Positions 8,804 through 18,429 are shown, numbered from the stretch's first letter. The stretch is DNA of 64,000 bases from Thermoplasmatota archaeon (GCA_040751795.1 JBFMHR010000002.1:224001-288000); one strand, 5' to 3'. The notes: a model not told the origin generated them from the letters alone. Program-made: numbers and translations.

Positions 8804-11224
8804 CTACACCAGCGCGGCCGTGCTCGTCCCGTCGTCCGCCTGCTGGACCCTCACCACGTTCTCCATGAGGTCCTTGATGTCGTCTATGTGGGTTATGAGG
8901 AATATCTGCCTGAACTGGGCCGAGAGCCCGTTGAGGGCGGTCATGACGCTCCTCTTCCTCTGCGGGTCCAGGGACCCGAATATCTCGTCCAGTATGAGGA
9001 AGTTGATGGGGTTGGCCCCGGTCCTCTCCGCGATTATCCTGGATATGGCGAGCCTGAGCGCCAGGTTCGCGAGGTCCGACTCCCCGCCGGAGAACCGCTT
9101 CAGAGGGTGCAGGGCGCCCTCGTCGTCGACCTGGATGTCGTAGCTGTCGCCCAGCTCGACGCGGGCGTACCTCCCGCCCGTCGTGGCGGCGAACAGGTGC
9201 GAGGTGAGCTCCGCCAGCGTGGGGGCGACCTTCCCGATGAGGTGGTCCTTGAACGAGAGCATGACCTCCTCGAGGACCGCGAGGTCCTCCTTCCTCCTCC
9301 TCTCGGCCTCGATGCTCTTCCTGACCCTCCCGATCTCCTCGAGGTCATCCTCCGCGGACTTCAGGGCGCCCTTGGCCGCCTCGTGCTTGGTGGCCCTCGA
9401 GTGGGCCTCGTCCTTGGCCCTCTTCATGATGTCCGTTTTATCGTCAACTTCCTTTGACACCTTCTCGTATTGCGCCTTCTTAGGTTCAAGCGTCGCCATC
9501 ATCCCGAGGAGTGACTCTATCTCCACCGCGAGCCTCGCCCTGCGCCCCGTCATCTCGCCGCGCTCGGCCTCCTTGAGGGCCAGGTTCTTCTCGGTCTCCT
9601 TGAGCCTGACGAAGTCGTCGCGGAGGGGCTTGAGGCGGGCCCTCTCGCGCACGGCCGAGTCGTAGGCCTCCTTCGAGAACTCGACCGCGCCGAGGGACGA
9701 GCGCTCCGCCGACTTCTTCGCGATCCTCGCGTCGAGCTGCGCCAGCTGGGCCTTGAGGGAGTGGGCGGCCGCCTCGGCCTTCCTCCGCCGGTCCGACTCC
9801 TGCTCTATCCTGGCAACCTTCTTCTTCAGGGCCTCGTCCTTCCTCCGGAGGGCCTCGAGCTCCCCCTGCAGCGCGGTCATCGCGGCCGCCGCCTCAGACG
9901 CCGCGGCGGCCGCCTCCTCTATGTCCTCCTGCAGCTTCGATGCGAGCAGGTCGTAGGCCTCGTCCAGCCTCCTCTCGCACGTCGGGCAGACGCCGTCCTT
10001 GCCTAGCCTCCGGATCTCGTCGAGCTTGGCGCGGTCCTTCGCCGCCGCCTTCTCCCTGTCCGCCCTCCTCGTCCGCTGCTCCCCCTGCCTGTCGGAGATG
10101 CTGGCCCTCTCCTTCTCCGCCTCCTCCCTGGAGCGTTCCACCGAGGCCTTCTGCGCCTCGATGTCCTCCGCCCCGGCGGCCGCCTTCTCCGCCTCCTCGA
10201 GCTCCCTCCTGCGGGCCTCAGAGGACTCCCTGTCGGCCCTGATGTCCTCGTCCAGGTGCTTCGCCTTCTCGTCCTTCAGCCTCTCCTTCTCGAGCTTGGC
10301 GACCGCCGCGTCGGCCTCAGTCCAGGCCCTGTCGGAGGACTCGAGCTCGGGGAGGCGGGCGAGCTTGGCCCGGGCCTCGGCCGCCTGCCTGTCGAGCCGC
10401 TCGATCGTCTTCTCGAGCTCCGCCACCGTCGACCTCTTCCCCTGGAGCTCGGCGGCCGTCGTGCCGTAGGCGTCCGCGTCCTTCTTCAGGGCGTTCCTCT
10501 GCGAGAGGGCCTCCTGGTACGCCCTCTCGGCCGCCGCCTCGGCCTCCTTCGCGGCCTTCAGGAGCGCCTCCGCCTCGCCGAACGCCGAGCGGAGCTCGGG
10601 CAGCCGGGCGGCTATGAGCGCCTCGCGGTCCCTGCCCTGGTCGTCCAGGAGGGTGCCCTCGGCGCCCTTGATGTTCTGCTCGACGTCCCTCCTGTCCTCC
10701 CTCACCCTCTTGATGACGTCGTCGATGCCGTCGATGCTCAGCATCCTGAGGACGGCCTTCTTCCTCTCGGCGTCGGTGGCGCTCTGGAGCGCGCTCAGCT
10801 CCTTCTGCCTGGCGAAGACCGACGTGAAGAACGACTTGTGGTCCATCCCAATGAGCCTCTCCACGGCCCTCTTGACCTCCCTGTCGCCGTCGGCCAGGAC
10901 CGTCTCCCCGGCCCTGAGGGACGCCTTCATGAGCAGGCTCTTCCCGCCCATCTCCCGCTCGACCCTGTAGTCGGAGCCCCCGAGCTCGAACTCGAGGACC
11001 GCCTTGGTGGTCTCGGAGGCGCTGGCCCCGGCCCTCTTGATGCTCTCCCTCGAGGTCCTCACGGCCTCCTCCGTGTTGCCGAACAGGGCCCAGGCGACGC
11101 CCTCCACGAGGGTGGTCTTCCCGGAGCCGTTGAGGCCGATGATCCCGACGATGCCGTCGGGGAACTGGATCTTCACGTCCCTGAACCGGCGGTAGTTCCT
11201 GAGCTCGAGGTAGGAGAGCCTCAT
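8804..11224 (-). CDS. rad50: Rad50/SbcC ATPase
   Basis: Walker A GLNGSGKTT, coiled coil with CPTC zinc hook, FSGGE signature, LILDEIFGSLD. Confidence 0.92.
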   Translation of the reverse strand: MRLSYLELRNYRRFRDVKIQFPDGIVGIIGLNGSGKTTLVEGVAWALFGNTEEAVRTSRESIKRAGASASETTKAVLEFELGGSDYRVEREMGGKSLLMKASLRAGETVLADGDREVKRAVERLIGMDHKSFFTSVFARQKELSALQSATDAERKKAVLRMLSIDGIDDVIKRVREDRRDVEQNIKGAEGTLLDDQGRDREALIAARLPELRSAFGEAEALLKAAKEAEAAAERAYQEALSQRNALKKDADAYGTTAAELQGKRSTVAELEKTIERLDRQAAEARAKLARLPELESSDRAWTEADAAVAKLEKERLKDEKAKHLDEDIRADRESSEARRRELEEAEKAAAGAEDIEAQKASVERSREEAEKERASISDRQGEQRTRRADREKAAAKDRAKLDEIRRLGKDGVCPTCERRLDEAYDLLASKLQEDIEEAAAAASEAAAAMTALQGELEALRRKDEALKKKVARIEQESDRRRKAEAAAHSLKAQLAQLDARIAKKSAERSSLGAVEFSKEAYDSAVRERARLKPLRDDFVRLKETEKNLALKEAERGEMTGRRARLAVEIESLLGMMATLEPKKAQYEKVSKEVDDKTDIMKRAKDEAHSRATKHEAAKGALKSAEDDLEEIGRVRKSIEAERRRKEDLAVLEEVMLSFKDHLIGKVAPTLAELTSHLFAATTGGRYARVELGDSYDIQVDDEGALHPLKRFSGGESDLANLALRLAISRIIAERTGANPINFLILDEIFGSLDPQRKRSVMTALNGLSAQFRQIFLITHIDDIKDLMENVVRVQQADDGTSTAALV

Positions 11225-12333
11225 TCCTCCGCCTCCGAGAAGTACGGGAGCCCCGCCGAGACCAGCCTGTCCTTCTTCTCCTGGGGGTAGTCCCTGGACG
11301 CGACGTAGAGCCTGTACTCGTGCTCGAGGGAGCCGATGTGCGTGTCCCCTGCGGGCGCGCGCCCCTCCTCCTCGAGCCTGGTGATCACGGGCTCGAAGTG
11401 CATGGCGCTGGCCGCCATCTTCCTTATGGCCGGGAGCTCGAGGGAGCGGTACGAGTCCGCGGGGACGTCCTTGATCGCCATCCTGACGATCTGGTCGTCG
11501 ATGTCGGCCGAGCTGATCCTGGCCCTCGCCTCCGCGAGGATCTCGGAGGCGGTCATCTTGGACGCCATCACCGGCTCGAGGTCCACCATCCCCCTTATCC
11601 TCAGCTCGTGGAACCTGTGGCCGCCGGTGTCCAGGTCGACCTCGACGACGCCCTTCGCCTGGTGGATCTCCCCGAACCCGAGCCTCTCGGTGGAGCCGGA
11701 GTACCACATGCCCTTCCGGACCTCCTCGTGCTTGTGGAAGTGGCCCAGGGCGACGTAGTCGAATCCGTCGGAGACCGCGGAGCCGGGGACGTTCTGCTCG
11801 TTGAACTCGTCCATCCTGAACGTCTTCGAGCCGAGTATGCCGGCGTGCAGGACGAGGATGTTCCTCCCCGTGGCCTTGGACGGGGCTGCGTCGGCGACGA
11901 CCTCCTGCAGCGGGGGCGTCACGGAGTGCGGCACCGCGTGGACGGTCAGGTCGCCCACGACCACCTTGGACACCCCTGGCTCGTGCACGGGGTGTATGTG
12001 GGGGAGGTGCTCGAATATCCTGAAGATCGTGCCCGTCTCCCTGGTCTTCGGCGTGGAGTGGTTGCCTGATATGAGGACGGTCTCTATCCCCGCCTCCGAC
12101 AGCCTCCGCATCTGCCCGAGGGCGAACGTGATGGCCCTGTTCTGTGGCCTGACGGTGTCGAAGAGGTCGCCCGCGTGGACGAGGACGTCGGGCCTCAGGT
12201 TGACGGCGATGTCGACGGCCTGCCTGAACGCGTCGTAGAAGTCAGACTCCCGCTGGTTGATCCCCTCGACGGGGTCGAGCCTGGAGAACGCGCCGTACCC
12301 GAGGTGCGTGTCGGAGACGTGCAGCACCTTCAC
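11221..12333 (-). CDS. mre11: Mre11/SbcD nuclease
   Basis: SDTHLG, AGDLFD, SGNHS, ALGHFH phosphoesterase motifs; coupled to rad50. Confidence 0.92.
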   Translation of the reverse strand: MKVLHVSDTHLGYGAFSRLDPVEGINQRESDFYDAFRQAVDIAVNLRPDVLVHAGDLFDTVRPQNRAITFALGQMRRLSEAGIETVLISGNHSTPKTRETGTIFRIFEHLPHIHPVHEPGVSKVVVGDLTVHAVPHSVTPPLQEVVADAAPSKATGRNILVLHAGILGSKTFRMDEFNEQNVPGSAVSDGFDYVALGHFHKHEEVRKGMWYSGSTERLGFGEIHQAKGVVEVDLDTGGHRFHELRIRGMVDLEPVMASKMTASEILAEARARISSADIDDQIVRMAIKDVPADSYRSLELPAIRKMAASAMHFEPVITRLEEEGRAPAGDTHIGSLEHEYRLYVASRDYPQEKKDRLVSAGLPYFSEAEE

Positions 12334-14156
12334 GCGCGCTCACGCTCCATCGCCGAGATGATCTCGCTGATCTCCGCCAGCTCCTTGGAGGAATCGACGT
12401 CCTCCGCGAGCTCCTTGCGCTCGAACACCTCGCACATCTTGGTGTTCACTGTCTGGACGGAGTTCCAGAGGGCTATCACGACGAGGGAGACTGCGACGAT
12501 CGCGACGGCGATGTAGGCCAGGTTCTCCTCCAGGACGGAGTGGAGCATCGGCGAGACGATGATGAACCCTACGGCGATGTACAGGCCGAGTATGGCCCAC
12601 TTGAGCGCCTTGGACGTCGCGTGGTACCCGACTGTCTCGGCCGACTTGGTTGTGAGCATCGCCTCGCTGGTGGACACCTCGACGAACCTTATGGTCCTGG
12701 ACCACACGTTGTACATCGCCGGGACTATCAGCACCAGGCCGACCGTGACGACGATGAGTATGAGGAGGTCGGTGCTCCCTCCGACCAGGTAGGCGTACTC
12801 ATCGGCCCTGGGGAATATGCTTCCGAGGCCGACTATCACCGATATCACGACGACCAGGTTCACGAACAGGCTGGATATGTTGTTCCTCATCTCGTTTGAT
12901 ATGCGGTGAGACGACCCCGAGCGGTTCCGCAGGTTCCTGACCACAAGGTTCAGGTACGACGCCATGAAGAGCACCGGCCTGGGGACGCTGGAGCCCAGCG
13001 AGTCGACGATGGCGCCTGTGGACTTGATGCTGTAGGAGACGACCAGCGCCGAGATGGTGGTGACGACCACGATCATCGGGTAGATCTCCGGGCGGATGTT
13101 CTCGTTGCCCGCGGCCACGGAGGCTATCATGAGGGAGAACTCGCCGATTGCGATCATCCCCAGGCCCGCCCCTATCGCATTCCTCGCGCCGAAGCCGGCG
13201 GCGAACGTCGAGAGGGTGCAGGAGAAGACCTTCGCCAGCACGAAGACCGCGAAGATTATGATGGCCGGGATGACGAAGTCGGAGAAGTCCGCGAACAGAC
13301 TCAGGTCCACCAGCATCCCGATCGCGATGAAGAATATCGCCCCGAAGACGTCCCTCACCGGCTCGACCTTCCTGACGACGTCTGAGATGAACTTCGACTC
13401 CGACACCAGGACGCCCATCACGAACGCGCCTATCGCCTCCGAGAACCCGATGATGATGGCGAAGGCCGACATGGCGAAGCACAGGCCCAGCACGGTCACG
13501 ATGAGCAGCTCGCCGGAGCGCTGCCTGCCCACGTAGTCCACGAGCCTGGGCACGACCATGAGCCCGAACACCAGGGAGGCGGCGACGAACAGCCCCATCT
13601 TGACCAGCAGCCCGCCGATCTGCTCCGGGTTGACGCCTCCGGAGGACACGAGGCCGGAGACGGCGGCGAGGATGAGGACGGCGGCGAAGTCCTCCACTAT
13701 CAGGAGGCCGACGATGAGCCTCGCCCGGTCGTTGTCCAGGCCGCCGTACTCGCGAAGCGCCCTGACGATGATCATGGTCGAGCCGACCGAGAGGATCGCG
13801 CCGAGCAGCGTCGCCTCCAGGACCGTCCACCCCAGCGCGAGGCCGAGCTGGAACCCGAAGCCGATCATGAGTATGATCTCGACCGTGGCCGCGGCGATGA
13901 CCGTCGCCCCTATCGCCCTGAGCTTCTTGAGGTTGAACTCCAGGCCTATGGAGAACGTGAGCAGGATGATGCCCAGCCTCGCGAGCAGCTCCACGTAGTC
14001 CCGGACGTCCACCACGACGGGGCCGACGAGGATGCCCGCGACAAGGTAGCCGAGGATGAGCGGCTGCCTCAGCCGGTGGAAGAGGATGATGATGATGGCC
14101 GCCACGGCTATGACCAGGGCCATGCTCATCACGAAGTCGGTCTGCAGGTCCGCCAT
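12330..14156 (-). CDS. CPA2 family cation:proton antiporter (KefB/YbaL-like) with extra C-terminal TM helices
   Basis: RQPLILGYLVAGILVGP, FSIGLEF, GLLIVED, GAFVMG, FFIAIGM, IGEFS. Confidence 0.88.
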   Translation of the reverse strand: MADLQTDFVMSMALVIAVAAIIIILFHRLRQPLILGYLVAGILVGPVVVDVRDYVELLARLGIILLTFSIGLEFNLKKLRAIGATVIAAATVEIILMIGFGFQLGLALGWTVLEATLLGAILSVGSTMIIVRALREYGGLDNDRARLIVGLLIVEDFAAVLILAAVSGLVSSGGVNPEQIGGLLVKMGLFVAASLVFGLMVVPRLVDYVGRQRSGELLIVTVLGLCFAMSAFAIIIGFSEAIGAFVMGVLVSESKFISDVVRKVEPVRDVFGAIFFIAIGMLVDLSLFADFSDFVIPAIIIFAVFVLAKVFSCTLSTFAAGFGARNAIGAGLGMIAIGEFSLMIASVAAGNENIRPEIYPMIVVVTTISALVVSYSIKSTGAIVDSLGSSVPRPVLFMASYLNLVVRNLRNRSGSSHRISNEMRNNISSLFVNLVVVISVIVGLGSIFPRADEYAYLVGGSTDLLILIVVTVGLVLIVPAMYNVWSRTIRFVEVSTSEAMLTTKSAETVGYHATSKALKWAILGLYIAVGFIIVSPMLHSVLEENLAYIAVAIVAVSLVVIALWNSVQTVNTKMCEVFERKELAEDVDSSKELAEISEIISAMERERA

Positions 14157-14355
14157 GTTCCAATCACCGGCCGCAAGGACCGTCCGCCGGCCCGATGCGG
14201 CAGTCCCCTGACCGCATCAGCGACCGAGCCCTCGGGGCATAGTCTGACTGCTACTGGATGGCTGATGCAGATTCCATTACTTAAAGGCTGACGGATGGCG
14301 CCCGGAGCGCTGCCCCGCTGAAAGGTTAAATTCGGGTACCGTGATTGTCGCGGCG

Positions 14356-15273
14356 ATGCCCGAGGTCGTGAGGTTCTCCCCTCCGGACGATGGCCAGCTC
14401 GTCCGCGCCAAGGTGTTCGGGCTGGGGAGCGCGGGGTGCAACATGATCGGCGGCATCCCGTTCCCCAAGGTCGCGGTGTCGACCTCCAGCACCGACCTGG
14501 AGAGGACCGCCAGCGAGCGGAGGGTCCTGATAGGGCAGGACCGCCTGGTCGGCATCTACTCCTCCGACAAGGAGGTGGTGAAGCACCTCCCCTCCGTCGC
14601 GGGGCACGAGGTGGTGGATGTCTTCAACAACACGGACGTCGCCTTCCTGATGTGCGGCCTTGGCGGGGTGAGCGGCTCCCTGGGGGCGATGGTCCTCTCG
14701 GAGGTCGCCCAGGCGAGGAACGCCCTCGACATAGTGCTAGCCGCCACGCCGTTCTCCGCCGAGAGCGCCCGCAGGAGGGACTTCGCCGCGAGGATCCTGG
14801 GCGAGCTGAGGGGCACCTCGACCCTCTGCGTGGACTTCGGCAACGACCAGCTCTCCACCCTCGCCCCCCACATGCCCATGTCCCGCGCGTTCCAGCTCAT
14901 GAACGGCATAATGTCCCGCCCAGTCATCGACCTGTGCGCCGCCGTTCCGAAGGAGGGGCTCCCGCGGCTCAGGAGGGCGATAGGGGACGCGAGCGCCGGC
15001 AGCTTCGGTCTCGGCATGGGCCGCGGGGACGACCGCGTCGAGAGGTGCGTGTCCGAGGCCCTCAGCTCCCCATGGTTCGACTACGACACGTCGCAGGTGC
15101 GCTGCGCCGTCGCAGTGTACTCGTCGCCGGACCCCTGGGACAAGGAGATGGACGCGGTCCTCGCCATGATCGCCGCCAGGGTGCCGTCGGCGTCCATCGT
15201 CTTCGGCTCGTACGCGGACCCCACCCTGGGAGACCGAATCAGGCTGAGCGTGGTCCTCTGCCGCAAGGCCTGA
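14356..15273 (+). CDS. Divergent FtsZ/tubulin-superfamily protein
   Basis: KVFGLGSAGCNM, FLMCGLGGVSGSLG, TPFSAE..RR, GNDQL, GLGMGRG..RVE...EALSSP, IRLSVV; start 14356 (ATG) or 14341 (GTG). Confidence 0.75.
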   Translation: MPEVVRFSPPDDGQLVRAKVFGLGSAGCNMIGGIPFPKVAVSTSSTDLERTASERRVLIGQDRLVGIYSSDKEVVKHLPSVAGHEVVDVFNNTDVAFLMCGLGGVSGSLGAMVLSEVAQARNALDIVLAATPFSAESARRRDFAARILGELRGTSTLCVDFGNDQLSTLAPHMPMSRAFQLMNGIMSRPVIDLCAAVPKEGLPRLRRAIGDASAGSFGLGMGRGDDRVERCVSEALSSPWFDYDTSQVRCAVAVYSSPDPWDKEMDAVLAMIAARVPSASIVFGSYADPTLGDRIRLSVVLCRKA

Positions 15274-15312
15274 GGCCGGCCATGAGATGAAATGGGAAGA
15301 GGTTTCTCGTGG

Positions 15313-15816
15313 TCACTCCAGTATGGGGAAGCGCTTGACCAGCGGCTGTTCCGACCACCACTTTCCCAGCCCGAACCATTTTCCCGGCAGGACGGCCGCG
15401 ATGCCAAGGAGGATGATCAGGTAGACTATGTGGTCGTCTATCACCGGGTTGTTCTCGGGCGGCAGCCTGGATGTCCACATCAGCAGCATCAGGAGCGCCC
15501 CTCCGTATCCGGCCAGCTTGTTCGCCACGCCGAGTATCAGGGCGACCCCCAGAAGCAGCAGCGCCGCCATGAAGACCGCGTCGACCGCTGCGTTCCCCGC
15601 GAGCCCTTCGTAGAACCCGCTGAGCGGGCCGCTCGTGGCATAGGACAGGAACCCCGTGGTCGGGGACCCGCCGTTGATCCACGCGCTCTCGGCCTCGGTC
15701 GCATACCCCAGCCCGAAGGCCTTGTCCAGGAACGCCCAGAGGAAGGTCCACCCCAGCGCCAACCGGACGCCAACCCATGCATACTGCTCCTTCGTGAGTC
15801 TCTCCGTGTTCGTCAC
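15313..15816 (-). CDS. DoxX family membrane protein (DoxD-like)
   Basis: RLALGWTFLWAFLDK, WINGGSPTTGFL, NPVIDDHIVY; start uncertain (GTG 15816 or ACG 15807). Confidence 0.85.
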   Translation of the reverse strand: MTNTERLTKEQYAWVGVRLALGWTFLWAFLDKAFGLGYATEAESAWINGGSPTTGFLSYATSGPLSGFYEGLAGNAAVDAVFMAALLLLGVALILGVANKLAGYGGALLMLLMWTSRLPPENNPVIDDHIVYLIILLGIAAVLPGKWFGLGKWWSEQPLVKRFPILE

Positions 15817-15850
15817 CTCCCGTATATAACGGTGTTAATAGTGAAGTCCA

Positions 15851-16021
15851 GGAAGGATATGAACATGGCTCCGAACCCATGCGCCGGGGGTGTCCGCGGT
15901 CACGGAACGGCCCAGGAACGTTTCAACAATGCACCAAAATAGCCTTTTAGCAGCATGTGCAATTGGGGTTCTGCGGGGATCCGGGCGGCGAAAGCCGCCG
16001 AGGGTCACTTCATATCCTTCT
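15851..16021 (+). ncRNA. Candidate ~170-nt structured non-coding RNA (element A)
   Basis: TATATAAC at 15823-15830; perfect 12-bp closing stem 15852-15863/16009-16020; GGCGGC-GAAA-GCCGCC hairpin; further stems with plus-strand G-U pairs; pyrimidine tract at the 3' end. Confidence 0.5.
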
Positions 16022-16045
16022 TTCCACACTGAATGAGCGGCCTAC

Positions 16046-16549
16046 TCAGCCCACGGAGAACCGGTCCCTGCTCGTGACCTCATCGATCGGCCTCGCCTTC
16101 CGCTCGCCCTTCGGCTTGTCGGATGCGTGGCCGAGGGCGAGCATCGCGACGACCGAGAAGTGCTCCGGCACGTCCAGCGCCTTCTTCACCGTGGCCTCGT
16201 CGAAGCTGCCGATCCAGCACGTCCCCAGCCCCTCAGCGGTGGCCTGGGTGACCATGTTCTGGAGGGCGATGGTCACGTCGACCGCGCACCACTCGGGCGA
16301 TTTCTTCTTGTCACCGCACCCGACTATGACCACGGGGCACTCCTTGAGGAATCCCGCCCACCTCCCCCCGGAGAGGGCCTTCCTCCTCTCTGGGTCATGT
16401 ACGACCACGAAGTGCCACGGCTGGCGGTTGTTTGCCGACGGCGCTATCCTCCCCGCCTCCAGGACCCTCGTCAGGGCTTCCTCCGGCACCGGCCTGCCCG
16501 AGTAGCTCCTCACGGACCTCCTGCTCTTGATCGCATCCAAGACTTCCAT
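16046..16549 (-). CDS. Nitroreductase family protein
   Basis: MEVLDAIKSRRSVRSY, APSANNRQPWHF, EGLGTCWIG. Confidence 0.92.
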   Translation of the reverse strand: MEVLDAIKSRRSVRSYSGRPVPEEALTRVLEAGRIAPSANNRQPWHFVVVHDPERRKALSGGRWAGFLKECPVVIVGCGDKKKSPEWCAVDVTIALQNMVTQATAEGLGTCWIGSFDEATVKKALDVPEHFSVVAMLALGHASDKPKGERKARPIDEVTSRDRFSVG

Positions 16550-16707
16550 CGGGACCACTGGGACGGGCATCGAGTGCGGCGTCATGAACCTTGCGCCAGC
16601 GGGTTCGGGGGGAGGAGGGCAAGGGTTATGCCGCCGCATGCGGTTCTGGGTGCGTCGGCGCCCAGGCCTCTCGGAAGGAGTGGCCGCGGCGCGGGTCAGG
16701 GGGAGAG

Positions 16708-17829
16708 ATGATGTCGGGCATCATGAACGGCAAGTCCGTGGGGATCGCATTCTCGATGGGGATCGTGGCGCTTCTCGTGTCGATGGTACCGGCGTCGGTG
16801 ATGGCCACCGCGCTGCCGGCCGAGTACAAGATCGAGGGCGTGCCCCTCTACCAGCAGATCGACGCGAAGGGGTGCGGGCCAGCCGCCCTCCAGATGATGT
16901 TCGACTACTACGGGGAGTTCGTCGACCAGAAGGAGATATACAACGCGGCGAGGGCCGGCGGAACAACCCTCCCTGACATGGCCAGGGCCGCCCAGTTCAG
17001 CGACCTCAGCACAACGGTCGGGGAGCGGTGGCCGGACAACATCGTCACGGGATACACGGCGCGGTCCGTCGGGTACGCGGCCTTCTACTACGCGTCTGAC
17101 GTGGAGTGGATGCAGGAGCTGAAGGGGGTCGTGGCCCAGGGCTACCCCGTCGCGGTCCTGCAGAACTTCTACCCCGACAGCGACGACCCGCACTACCGCG
17201 TGGTCGTTGGCTACGACCAGCTCAGGGAGGTGTTCATCGTCAACGACGGATGGGTCAGGGAGTTCAAGGTCCCGAGCGGGTACGTCGGCTCCACCAACCC
17301 GATGTCCAACCCGGTGTCCTGGGACGACGAGTTCCCGGGGATGGAGATGTCCTTCGCGGACTTCGAGCTCGCCTGGAGGTGCCCGACCGATGTCTGGGGC
17401 ATCGAGGGGCTCAGGTACGGAGCGGTCGTGGTCGTGCCGTGGGAGGTGGAGGTCGTCGCCCCGGCTTCCGCATCACCGGGCGAGGAGGTCACGCTTGATG
17501 TGACCGTGAGGTACCCGTGCCCTGCGCCCTTCGGCGACCCCGCCTACCCGGTCTTCACCGCCTCAGGCGTGGTGGTCCAGTTGGCCGCGTCCGACGGCAG
17601 CGGGAGGCCTTTCGCCGAGGCCAGCGCGGAGCTGGGGACCCTTGCGGCAAGGGGGAGCCTCTCCTGCGCTCTGACCATCGTGCTCCCCTCCGAGGCCGGC
17701 ACCGTCGCGTTCGAAGTCATCGCGTCCGGAATCGTCTCGGGGCACCTGGAGGAGTGGAAGGACTACCCCGCATACGACTACTCGGACAGGATTGGGGCGT
17801 GGGCGTCCTCGGAGACGGAGGTCTCATGA
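16708..17829 (+). CDS. Secreted C39-like cysteine peptidase with C-terminal Ig-like domain
   Basis: Signal peptide; VPLYQQ...GCGPAALQMMFDYYG, HYRVVVGYD, VNDG triad. Confidence 0.8.
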   Translation: MMSGIMNGKSVGIAFSMGIVALLVSMVPASVMATALPAEYKIEGVPLYQQIDAKGCGPAALQMMFDYYGEFVDQKEIYNAARAGGTTLPDMARAAQFSDLSTTVGERWPDNIVTGYTARSVGYAAFYYASDVEWMQELKGVVAQGYPVAVLQNFYPDSDDPHYRVVVGYDQLREVFIVNDGWVREFKVPSGYVGSTNPMSNPVSWDDEFPGMEMSFADFELAWRCPTDVWGIEGLRYGAVVVVPWEVEVVAPASASPGEEVTLDVTVRYPCPAPFGDPAYPVFTASGVVVQLAASDGSGRPFAEASAELGTLAARGSLSCALTIVLPSEAGTVAFEVIASGIVSGHLEEWKDYPAYDYSDRIGAWASSETEVS

Positions 17830-17889
17830 GGCCGGCACCCCTGTGATACGTCGAACGTATAATCCCTGCTCCGGGCGAATCGGCCCGAT

Positions 17890-18429
17890 ATGGTCCAGTC
17901 CCTGCGGTACGACGTGTTGCGCTCATACGACGATTTCGAGCTGAGGCGCTACCCGCTGACGGTCCTGGCCACGGTCCGCGGGATGGACGACTACGACGCG
18001 TTCAGCATCCTCTTCGCCTACATCTCGGGCTCGAACACGCGGAGGGAGAAGGTCGCCATGACCGCGCCCGTCGTGTCCGCGGAGCCAGGCCCTGAGAAGA
18101 TACCGATGACCGTCCCCGTGGTGTCGGGGGAGAGGTCCTTCTCCTTCGCTCTGCCGGCGTCCCACTCCCCTGGGGAGGTGCCGGAGCCGACGGACCGCCG
18201 CGTCCAGATCGAGGTCCTCCCAGGAAGGGAGGTCGCGGTCAGGAGGTTCCGAGGCCGCACGGGCGAGCGCGCAGTGGCGGAGCGCAGCGAGGCGCTGCTC
18301 GGAGCGGTGAGGCGCTCGGGCCTGTCGCCGAGGGGCGAGCCCTTCCTTATGAGGTACAACCCCCCGTTCACGCCCGGGTTCCTGAGGAGGAACGAGGTGG
18401 CGGTGGAGGTGTCTGTGGCGCAGGGCTAG
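17890..18429 (+). CDS. SOUL heme-binding protein
   Basis: FELRRY, LFAYISGSN, KVAMTAPV, YNPPFTPGFLRRNEV. Confidence 0.9.
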   Translation: MVQSLRYDVLRSYDDFELRRYPLTVLATVRGMDDYDAFSILFAYISGSNTRREKVAMTAPVVSAEPGPEKIPMTVPVVSGERSFSFALPASHSPGEVPEPTDRRVQIEVLPGREVAVRRFRGRTGERAVAERSEALLGAVRRSGLSPRGEPFLMRYNPPFTPGFLRRNEVAVEVSVAQG

